A DNA stretch of 64,000 bases from Candidatus Nealsonbacteria bacterium (lineage in GTDB: Bacteria > Patescibacteriota > Minisyncoccia > Minisyncoccales > JANBVM01), in NCBI GenBank assembly GCA_047456315.1, contig CP179889.1, forward strand, positions 512,776-576,775. Direction: 5' to 3'. Shown piece after piece: positions 8,359 through 16,146 of the stretch. Below the pieces are notes generated by a model. The model was not told the DNA's origin, did no database searches, and was given only the letters and a program-made list of their open reading frames with translations. Each line of letters opens with the position of its first letter. The stretch's first letter is position 1. The position numbers were made by a program, and so were the translations under genes.

Positions 8359-10344
8359 ATGATAAATAAAATTAAATTGTTTTTTACTTTAGCAATTTTA
8401 GGACTAATCTTAGGAAATGCTATTAATGCTCAAGAAACAGACCTCTCACCAGAAATCAGCGACATTAGCTGTAGCCTTGAAGAACCATGTGCCGAGGGAT
8501 TAGAATGTTTCAGTTTTCCAGAAATAGGTTTGAGATGCGCCCAATCTAATCCTTGTAGTTATTATGAGTGTCCTGAAGACACTCAATGTTTTGAAGCTGA
8601 AAGCTATCCTGTTCAAATTATCTGTTCACTATCAGATGGAGCTGAAAATCCAGAAGAAACAATAGTTTCTGCTGAGGCCCAGCAAGAAGTGGATTTAGAC
8701 GAAAACATTCAGCCAGCTGATCTGGAGATTAACCAACCCACAATATTACCTGACAGCCCATTTTACTTCTTCAAAAACATGGGAAGAGCAGTAAGAACCT
8801 TTTTCACCTTTGACCCAGTTAAAAAAGCAGAATTAAAAGAACAGTTCACAGGTGAAAAGTTAATGGAGCTTAAAAGAATGGTTGAAGAGAATAAAAATGC
8901 AAATGCAATCAGAAATGCTGCTCAAAACTATCAGGAGGAACTACAAGGACTGAAAACATTTGCAGAAAGAATAAGAACTACTGCACAGGAAAACGAACAA
9001 GTGGAAAATTTCTTAGACAAATACATTCAGCATAATATTCTTCATCAAAGAGTACTTCAAAAATTAGAAACTCAAGTGCCCGATGAAGTTTTTGAAAAAA
9101 TACAGCAGGTCAGAAACAATCACTTGGATAGATTCAACGATATAATGATTAAACTTGAAGACAAAAATAAAATCCCTGAGAGATTAGAAAAAAACCTAGA
9201 AGCAATAAAAGGAAGCGACTTTAAAGATTTTAAAAACTTAGAAATTCTCGATGACTTAAAAGAAAAGTTTCCTGAAGATATTAGAAATAGAATTGAAGAA
9301 CGAAAAGATAGCATTTTAAACAACTTACGAGAAAAGTTGGAAAACCTTCCAGAAGAACGCCGTGACATCTTAGAAGAATATATTGAAAAAATCAGTGGAG
9401 ATAAAATTAAACAGCTTGATATTTTAAACGCCTTAGAAGGAACAGAGCTCTCAGACAAATTAAATACTGTAATTAAAAGAGTAAAAGAAATCAGTGTCCA
9501 AAGAATAGAAAGCCAATACCAAAACATAGTAACAAAAGAAAAAGTAGAGCTCACAATAACCCAAGCTACAGATTTATTAGCAAAAGTAAAAAGCTTAATT
9601 GTAGAAAAAAACACTACAGCTGAAGAAATACCAGAGATCTTCAGATTAATTGAAGAAGCTGAAGAAAAATTAGAAGCAGCTAAAACAGAATTTGACCAAA
9701 AAAATTATGGCAGAGCTTATAGCCTGGCAATCTCTTCTTCATCCCTTTCAAAAAACGCTATAAGGATTATGGAAATAAGGGCTGGGTTTAAAGAAGATGA
9801 AACTAACCGAGGATTACTAATTTGCGCTGATATTGTTTCCCCTGTCTGTGCTAAGGATGGAAGAACTTATAAGAATATTTGTGAGGCAAAAAAAGCTGAA
9901 GCAGAGATTGTCTATAGAGGAGAATGTAAAACCAATTTAGTTTGCGCTCAGGAAGGTGAACAAATAAACAGAAACCCTCTTCTTGGTCCAGCTGAAAGAA
10001 GGTGTTGCGAAGGATTAGAAGAAATCAGGGTCAGCAGAACTTATAGTATTTGCAAGCAGCCTGGCGCCTCTTTTGAATGTAAAGTTGATAGTGACTGCCC
10101 TCTCCCTCGCTGTCTAACAACAACAGCCACAGCATCAAAATGTGTTGAAGGTAAATGCATACTCCCTGTTTGTTATAAACCAGAAATATGTATCCAGGTT
10201 ATTACTCCAGCTAGAAATTCTAAAACAGGTGAATGCAGAAACTTCCCCACTCCATGCGATGTTCCAGCAGGATGGGAGAGAACTGCAGCTTGTAAAATCC
10301 CGCAACTACTAAAAAGTCAAACTCAATTAAAAATTAGTCAATAA
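8359..10344 (+). CDS. Secreted Cys-rich protein: signal peptide, DUF5667-like segment, long coiled coil, Kazal-like module, Cys-rich C-terminus
   Basis: Signal peptide MINKIKLFFTLAILGLILGNAINAQE. LPDSPFYFFKNMGRAVRTFFTF resembles DUF5667. CADIVSPVCAKDGRTYKNICEAKKAEAEIVYRGEC (9823-9927) matches the Kazal pattern C-x-PVC-x-DG-x-TY-x-N-x-C. Confidence 0.7.
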   Translation: MINKIKLFFTLAILGLILGNAINAQETDLSPEISDISCSLEEPCAEGLECFSFPEIGLRCAQSNPCSYYECPEDTQCFEAESYPVQIICSLSDGAENPEETIVSAEAQQEVDLDENIQPADLEINQPTILPDSPFYFFKNMGRAVRTFFTFDPVKKAELKEQFTGEKLMELKRMVEENKNANAIRNAAQNYQEELQGLKTFAERIRTTAQENEQVENFLDKYIQHNILHQRVLQKLETQVPDEVFEKIQQVRNNHLDRFNDIMIKLEDKNKIPERLEKNLEAIKGSDFKDFKNLEILDDLKEKFPEDIRNRIEERKDSILNNLREKLENLPEERRDILEEYIEKISGDKIKQLDILNALEGTELSDKLNTVIKRVKEISVQRIESQYQNIVTKEKVELTITQATDLLAKVKSLIVEKNTTAEEIPEIFRLIEEAEEKLEAAKTEFDQKNYGRAYSLAISSSSLSKNAIRIMEIRAGFKEDETNRGLLICADIVSPVCAKDGRTYKNICEAKKAEAEIVYRGECKTNLVCAQEGEQINRNPLLGPAERRCCEGLEEIRVSRTYSICKQPGASFECKVDSDCPLPRCLTTTATASKCVEGKCILPVCYKPEICIQVITPARNSKTGECRNFPTPCDVPAGWERTAACKIPQLLKSQTQLKISQ

Positions 10345-10374
10345 GATACAGGTTTGTAAGTTTTACAATAGAAG

Positions 10375-10402
10375 AACAGCTTAAATCAGGCTGTTTTTCT
10401 GT
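10375..10402 (+). terminator. Intrinsic terminator after the secreted-protein gene
   Basis: AACAGC-ttaaatcag-GCTGTT followed by TTTTCTGTT. Confidence 0.55.
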
Positions 10403-10413
10403 TATATCAGCTC

Positions 10414-10442
10414 TTGCCTGATATATCGCTACGAGTTATAAA
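10414..10442 (+). promoter_or_regulatory. Sigma70-like promoter (TTGCCT-17-TATAAA) for miaB-miaA, 8 nt before the ATG
   Basis: TTGCCT 10414-10419, TATAAA 10437-10442, ATG 10451. Confidence 0.45.
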
Positions 10443-10450
10443 TATTACAT

Positions 10451-12613
10451 ATGAAATATTTTATTCTTACCTATGGCTGCCAGATGAATATTTCTGATTC
10501 TGAAAGAATCGCCTCTCTTTTAGAGAATCTCGGCTATCAACCGGCTTTGATTAAAAATAAAGCTGATTTAATAGTGGTTAACATGTGTTCAGTAAGACAA
10601 TCTGCTGTAGATAGAATTTATGGAGCTGGTATAAAATTCCAAAAACTAAAGAAAAAAAACAAGAAACTAAAAACAATTTTAACAGGTTGCATTTCTAAAA
10701 AAGACCATAAAAAACTTATTAAAATATTCGATCTGGTTTTAAATATTAAAAGCTTAAACCAATGGCCGAAATATCTTGAAGCTGGGTTTTCGTCAAAACT
10801 ATGGCCCACTTTACTCCGTCAAACCAGTGAATATTTCAATGTACAGCCCAAACACACAAGCAAGTTTTCAGCTCTAATCCCAATATCTATTGGCTGTAAT
10901 AACTCCTGCGCTTATTGTATTGTTCCTTTTACTCGCGGGCCTTTAATTTGCAGAAGTCATAAAGAAATAATAAAAGAGGTTAAAAAAGCAGTTAAAAATA
11001 GTGCAAAAGAAATATGGCTTTTAGGACAAAACGTTAATGATTATAAATCCCCTATTAATTCTAAAGTAAATTTCGCAAAGCTTTTAAAAATGGTTAATAA
11101 TATTGATGGTGATTTTTGGATAAGATTTACATCTCCAAATCCAAAAGATTTCTCAGATAAATTAATTAACACAATAACCAAATTAGAAAAAGTCACAGAA
11201 TACCTTAACCTGCCAGTTCAGTCTGGGGATAATAAAATTTTAAAAAAAATGAATCGGACTTATACAATTAAAAATTACAAAAATTTAGTTGAGAAAATAA
11301 GGAAAGGAATCCCAGGCATTAGTTTATCAACTGATGTTATTGTTGGTTTTCCAACTGAAACAAAAAAGCAATTCCAAAATACAGCTAAATTATTTAAAGA
11401 AATGAAGTTTGATATGGCATATATTGCTAAGTATTCTCCCCGCCCCCACACAAAAGCCAGCAACTTAAAAGATAATATTTCTAAAAAAGAAAAGAAAAAC
11501 AGATGGATTGCTTTAACAAAAATTCTTGAAAAAACTGCTTTAGAAAACAATAAAAAATATATTGGGAAAGAGGTTAAAGTATTGATAGATGAATATAAGA
11601 AAGGATTCTTGTTTGGAAAAACTAGAACCTATAAAACAGTGAAAATTCCAGCAGTTGATAAAAATTTAGTTGGAAAAATTACGAATGTAAAAATCACTGA
11701 TGCTTTAAGCTGGGGACTGAAAGGAGTTTTAATTAAACCAAAACTAATTGTGATTTTAGGACCTACTGCAGCTGGTAAAACAGGTTTAGCTGTCAAATTA
11801 GCAAGACAATTCAATGGTGAAATTATTTCAGCTGACTCAAGACAAATCTACAAAGAAATGGCTATTGGTACTGCCAAGCCAACGAAAAAAGAAACAAAAG
11901 CTGTCCCCCACCACCTTATTGATTTTGTTTCTCTGAGTAAAGATTTTAATGTTGCAATATATAAAAACAAAGCGTTAAAAGTTATTGAAAAAATATATAA
12001 AAAAGGAAAGGTTCCGTTCCTGGTGGGCGGAACAGGACTATATATTAAAGCAATTGTTGATAATATTGACTTTCCAAAAGTAAAACCTAATAAAAAATTA
12101 AGGGAGCAGTTGGAAAAAAAGAGCACTGGAGAATTATTCAAAATCTATAAAAAACTAGATCCTCAAGGCGCTAAATTAATTGATAAAAACAATAAAAGAA
12201 GATTGGTAAGAGCAATTGAGGTCTCAAAATTAACAGGAAAACCATTCTGGGATCAAAGAAAAAAACAAATCCCTCTTTTTGAAGTTTTGCAAATCGGAAT
12301 AAAACTACCAAAAAAAGAATTAAAAAAGAGAATCTCAAAAAGAACTGATAAAATGTTTAAACTTGGACTTGAAAAAGAACTGAAAAAATTAAAGAAAAAA
12401 TATGTAAAATCACCCTTGCTTCAAACCATTGGCTATGCTGAATGGTTTCAGTATACGGATAAGGAAAAAATAAAAGAAGCTATTAAACTTCATACTCTTC
12501 AATTTGCCAAGCGCCAGATGACCTGGTTTAAAAAAGACAAAAAAATACTTTGGATTAAAAACTATTCCCAAGCTAAATCTCTAATCAAAAGCTTCCTTAA
12601 TAAAAAACTATAG
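10451..12613 (+). CDS. miaB-miaA: Fusion protein: MiaB (tRNA i6A37 methylthiotransferase) + MiaA (tRNA dimethylallyltransferase)
   Basis: Residues 1-428 are MiaB: YGCQMNISDSE, radical-SAM CNNSCAYCIVP, TRAM-like end KITNVKITDALSWGLKG. Residues 429-720 are MiaA: LIVILGPTAAGKTGLAVKLA..EIISADSRQIYKEMAIGTAKP. One uninterrupted frame. Confidence 0.85.
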   Translation: MKYFILTYGCQMNISDSERIASLLENLGYQPALIKNKADLIVVNMCSVRQSAVDRIYGAGIKFQKLKKKNKKLKTILTGCISKKDHKKLIKIFDLVLNIKSLNQWPKYLEAGFSSKLWPTLLRQTSEYFNVQPKHTSKFSALIPISIGCNNSCAYCIVPFTRGPLICRSHKEIIKEVKKAVKNSAKEIWLLGQNVNDYKSPINSKVNFAKLLKMVNNIDGDFWIRFTSPNPKDFSDKLINTITKLEKVTEYLNLPVQSGDNKILKKMNRTYTIKNYKNLVEKIRKGIPGISLSTDVIVGFPTETKKQFQNTAKLFKEMKFDMAYIAKYSPRPHTKASNLKDNISKKEKKNRWIALTKILEKTALENNKKYIGKEVKVLIDEYKKGFLFGKTRTYKTVKIPAVDKNLVGKITNVKITDALSWGLKGVLIKPKLIVILGPTAAGKTGLAVKLARQFNGEIISADSRQIYKEMAIGTAKPTKKETKAVPHHLIDFVSLSKDFNVAIYKNKALKVIEKIYKKGKVPFLVGGTGLYIKAIVDNIDFPKVKPNKKLREQLEKKSTGELFKIYKKLDPQGAKLIDKNNKRRLVRAIEVSKLTGKPFWDQRKKQIPLFEVLQIGIKLPKKELKKRISKRTDKMFKLGLEKELKKLKKKYVKSPLLQTIGYAEWFQYTDKEKIKEAIKLHTLQFAKRQMTWFKKDKKILWIKNYSQAKSLIKSFLNKKL

Positions 12614-14074
12614 GTTTTCTTTTAAGATTCTTTCTGCTGTTTTAGGATCTACTCTGCCTTTTGTTTTAGCCATTACTTGACCTATTAAGAACTGGATTGC
12701 ATTTCCTTTTCCTTTTTTAAAATCTGCTGCTGCTTTTTGGTTGGTTGAAATTATGTTTCTAACAATACCAATAATTTCATTTTTATCAGTCATTTGAGTT
12801 AATCCTTTCTCTTCAATAATATTTGAAGGATCAGCGCCAGTTTGAAACATTTCCAAAAGAATTGTTTTAGCAACTTTACTCATTATTGTTTTGTTCTCAA
12901 TTAAACTAATGAATTCAGCGAAATTCTCTGGAGTAATAAAAAAATCTTCACCTTCAACACCTCTTTCTTTTAATAAGGACTGAAGGTCAGTAATCATATA
13001 ATTTGCTGCTAGGGTTATCAGACCATGAAGCTTATCTTTAGCAAGATTAGGCTCAAACTCAGAAACCACCTTTTCAAAATACTCCCCCAAGTCCTTGTTA
13101 TAAACAAAAAATTCAACACTGTCCTCGTCCAGCTTATACTCACTAGACAGTCTTGTTCTTTTATTGAAAGGAAGCTCAGGGATTTCAGCTCTAATTTCAT
13201 TAATCTCATCTTTGCTAAACACTAAAGGCAGTAAATCAGGTTCTGGGAGATAACGGTAATCATGGGCTTCTTCCTTTTCACGCTGAGAAACTGTTATTAA
13301 TTTTTTCTCGTCCCAGCCTCTTGTTTCCTGAGCAACTTTTTTCCCTTTTTTTAACAACTCTTCCTGTCTTTTAATCTCATAATCAATTGCTTTTTCAACA
13401 ACCCTAAAAGAATTAAGGTTTTTAATTTCTACTTTTGTGCCTAATTTCTTTGAACCTTTTGGCTTAACTGATATATTCGCTTCTATTCTTAATTGACCTT
13501 TTTCCATATTAGCTTCAGAAACCTGGAGATAGCGAAGAAGCAAATGCAGTTCCTGGCTGAATTTCCTGGCCTCCAGAGCTGAGTTCATATCAGGCTCAGT
13601 CACCAGTTCCATTAACGGAATACCAGCCCTGTTAAAACTAACCAAGCTATAATCTGCTCCTTTACTATGAACTGAACTGCCAGTATCTTCTTCTAAATGA
13701 ACTCGGGTAATCCTTACAGTTTTTAACTCTTTTCCTTTGATTTTAAACTTTAATTCCCCTTTTTGAGCAATAGGCATGTCATACTGGGAAATCTGATAAC
13801 CTTTTGGCAGGTCAGGATAAAAATAATTCTTCCTGTCAAACTTTGAAACCATTGAAATCTCTGAACTTAAAGCCAGGCCAGTTTTAATAACCTTTCTAAC
13901 AGCTTGTTTATTGATAACCGGAAGTGTTCCAGGGTGTCCAAGACATATCGGACAGATGTTAATATTAGGATGCCTCTCATCAGCATCATTCTTACATGAG
14001 CAAAACATTTTAGAATTAGTGCCTAATTCCGCATGTACTTCCAGACCTATTACTGGTTGAAATTTAGATTCCAT
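12608..14074 (-). CDS. gatB: Asp/Glu-tRNA amidotransferase subunit B
   Basis: 488 aa; VIGLEVHAELGTNSKMFCSC...GHPGTLPV...and a YqeY-like C-terminal domain. Confidence 0.95.
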   Translation of the reverse strand: MESKFQPVIGLEVHAELGTNSKMFCSCKNDADERHPNINICPICLGHPGTLPVINKQAVRKVIKTGLALSSEISMVSKFDRKNYFYPDLPKGYQISQYDMPIAQKGELKFKIKGKELKTVRITRVHLEEDTGSSVHSKGADYSLVSFNRAGIPLMELVTEPDMNSALEARKFSQELHLLLRYLQVSEANMEKGQLRIEANISVKPKGSKKLGTKVEIKNLNSFRVVEKAIDYEIKRQEELLKKGKKVAQETRGWDEKKLITVSQREKEEAHDYRYLPEPDLLPLVFSKDEINEIRAEIPELPFNKRTRLSSEYKLDEDSVEFFVYNKDLGEYFEKVVSEFEPNLAKDKLHGLITLAANYMITDLQSLLKERGVEGEDFFITPENFAEFISLIENKTIMSKVAKTILLEMFQTGADPSNIIEEKGLTQMTDKNEIIGIVRNIISTNQKAAADFKKGKGNAIQFLIGQVMAKTKGRVDPKTAERILKENL

Positions 14075-14077
14075 AAG

Positions 14078-14737
14078 TTATTTATTAAGTTCTCTCATTA
14101 TCTTAACACCAGAACTAGTTCCAATAATATCAGCGCCTGACTCAACCGCACCTTTTAAATCCTTTAAGTTTTTTATTCTCCCCGATGCCTTTACCAATAG
14201 ACCAGAAGCTGATTTTTTCATTAATCTAAGATGATAAAACTTTTCTTTTAATTCACGATGTTCTAATGGATCTTTGCTGGTAGCAGTTTTAACGCAAATT
14301 GCTCCTGCTTTTTTAGCAACCCCACAAGCTCTAACAATTTCATCATCAGTCAAATAACCAGAACCAATAATCACTTTAGTGGGTAAAATCCCACAAATCG
14401 GCTTTAAATCCTTTAGGACCTTATCCCAGCGCCCGTGCTTTACATCAGGAATTGAATTAACAATATCAATGTGATTACCCCCGTCTTTTTTAATCTTTTT
14501 ACAAACTGCCAGTCTTTTTTTATGAGAACTATCCCCTATTGGCTCATCAACTAAAACCACAATTTTAACATCAAATCCTTTCATTTCTTTTTTCACAAAA
14601 CTCACCCATTCAGGCCTAACACAAATTCCACCAAAACCATACTTTCTAACCTCATCACAAAGCTTTTTAATGTCTTTTTTTGTTGCTTTAGCGCTAACAT
14701 TTGTATGGTCAATGATTTTTGCAATTTTTTTACTCAT
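14078..14737 (-). CDS. deoC: Deoxyribose-phosphate aldolase
   Basis: 219 aa; IDHTNVSAKAT...ICVRPEWV...VKTATS...VKASGRIK...GADIIGTSSG, a DeoC-type class I aldolase pattern. Confidence 0.8.
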   Translation of the reverse strand: MSKKIAKIIDHTNVSAKATKKDIKKLCDEVRKYGFGGICVRPEWVSFVKKEMKGFDVKIVVLVDEPIGDSSHKKRLAVCKKIKKDGGNHIDIVNSIPDVKHGRWDKVLKDLKPICGILPTKVIIGSGYLTDDEIVRACGVAKKAGAICVKTATSKDPLEHRELKEKFYHLRLMKKSASGLLVKASGRIKNLKDLKGAVESGADIIGTSSGVKIMRELNK

Positions 14738-15447
14738 AATTTTTTTCTAATTATTTTCCAAATTTGCTCGTGAATTACTTGAGGTGACAATAATTTACCC
14801 CCTTTAAAACATTCAATAATTTTAAAATCTTTTGGAAATTCTTTAGCAACTTCTAAATATGAACCTGCTGTAGCAGTAAGATGAATTGGATCTTTTTCAT
14901 GAACATCTCTTTTTTTTCGGCCTAAATAAATCTTTTTTTTAGCTTTTTCTCCTTTATCAGTAATTTTGCTAGACAAAACACGAGACACTGAAGGCGGAAC
15001 TTTTAAAATAAATGAGAAATCTGGTTTAGGAATATTAAAAAGTTCGTATTCTAATTGATATAACCATTTTAAAAATTTTTTTCTTTGTTTTTTGTCTCTA
15101 ATCTTCCCTCCTTGATGACCTATATTTGATCCAACATATCTGTCTGCAACTAAAATTCTTCCTTTTTTTAACCAATTCCTGATTTGAAAGCTGGCATCAT
15201 AACGATCACAAGCATAAAATATAGAAGCCCGATAAGGACCAACCTTTTTTGCGCTTCCATATTTGCCGTTTAAGTATTCTTCAACTAAACCTGCTGATTT
15301 TTTACCATATTGAGGAAAATCTATAAAAGCAGTTCTATATTTCTCTTTTTTAAGGCGATTGATTAATAATTTAGCTTGAGTTGATTTTCCTGAGCCGTCG
15401 ATACCTTCAAAAACAACAAATTTACCTGAATAAGAATTCTTGAACAT
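14734..15447 (-). CDS. tmk: Thymidylate kinase
   Basis: 237 aa; P-loop FVVFEGIDGSGKSTQAKLL and the DRY motif region. Confidence 0.9.
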   Translation of the reverse strand: MFKNSYSGKFVVFEGIDGSGKSTQAKLLINRLKKEKYRTAFIDFPQYGKKSAGLVEEYLNGKYGSAKKVGPYRASIFYACDRYDASFQIRNWLKKGRILVADRYVGSNIGHQGGKIRDKKQRKKFLKWLYQLEYELFNIPKPDFSFILKVPPSVSRVLSSKITDKGEKAKKKIYLGRKKRDVHEKDPIHLTATAGSYLEVAKEFPKDFKIIECFKGGKLLSPQVIHEQIWKIIRKKL

Positions 15448-15453
15448 GGTTTA

Positions 15454-15462
15454 ATTTTAGCA
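15454..15462 (-). promoter_or_regulatory. Extended -10 promoter (TGcTAAAAT) for tmk, 6 nt before the ATG
   Basis: Minus strand reads gTGcTAAAATtaaaccATG, directly after the NYN-gene terminator. Confidence 0.45.
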
Positions 15463-15478
15463 CAGCTTATTGGAAAAG

Positions 15479-15501
15479 AAAAAAAATAGGGTATTAACCC
15501 T
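15479..15501 (-). terminator. Intrinsic terminator after the NYN-domain gene
   Basis: Minus strand AGGGT-taat-ACCCT followed by A then T8, starting right after the stop codon. Confidence 0.6.
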
Positions 15502-16047
15502 TTATTCAATAGGATCAGAAAATCCTAAAAGTAAGTTTTCATTATCCTTTACCATATCTTCAACGAAAATAGTTTCGTCTGATATCTTTTCTAGAACTTC
15601 TGAACAGTGTTTTTTCCCGCTTATCACTGTTATTTGAACATTATTAAGTCTTCTTTTTATCAGCCCAAGAACTGCACCGAAATCTTTATCACCAGAACAG
15701 AGTATAATTTTTTTAGGTCTTTGAGAATTATCATCAACATCAAACAATATAGTAAGCATATCATTTAATATTGCTATATCTACATCTTTATTTGTCTCAA
15801 TGGAAATTAAACGTATTCCATAAACAGCCCGTAAATAAACTCTCAACAGATTTAAATGTTTTCTATAGGGCGATTCAACCTCGTTTGATTGCCAGTAAAA
15901 CCGAACATATAATTCCTCTTTTTCTTTCTTAAAAAATGCAAAGAATTTATTGTGATTTATCTTTCTGCGAAGATTTTCCTTTTCAATAAAATCCATATTT
16001 GGCTTGTCAAAAAAAAGAATTGTTCTTCCGTGTTTTTCTTCAGACAA
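15502..16047 (-). CDS. NYN/LabA-like domain protein (TTG start)
   Basis: 181 aa; ILFFDKPNM...KIILCSGDKDFGAVLGLIKRR..VQITVISGKK...ETIFVEDM resembles the NYN (LabA/DUF88) fold. AGAGGTG Shine-Dalgarno sequence 5 nt upstream of the TTG. Confidence 0.65.
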   Translation of the reverse strand: MSEEKHGRTILFFDKPNMDFIEKENLRRKINHNKFFAFFKKEKEELYVRFYWQSNEVESPYRKHLNLLRVYLRAVYGIRLISIETNKDVDIAILNDMLTILFDVDDNSQRPKKIILCSGDKDFGAVLGLIKRRLNNVQITVISGKKHCSEVLEKISDETIFVEDMVKDNENLLLGFSDPIE

Positions 16048-16079
16048 TTCTTCACCTCTTATATAAATAACTATAATTA

Positions 16080-16108
16080 AACATATCCAAATAAGCTTAA
16101 TTTGTCAA
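16080..16108 (-). promoter_or_regulatory. Sigma70-like promoter (TTGACA-17-TATGTT) for the NYN gene, with a leader of about 25 nt carrying an SD
   Basis: TTGACA is the reverse complement of 16103-16108. TATGTT is the reverse complement of 16080-16085. SD AGAGGTG at 16053-16059. Confidence 0.55.
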
Positions 16109-16146
16109 AGCATTAAAAACCTTCAAAAATCTCACAAGCTATCTAA

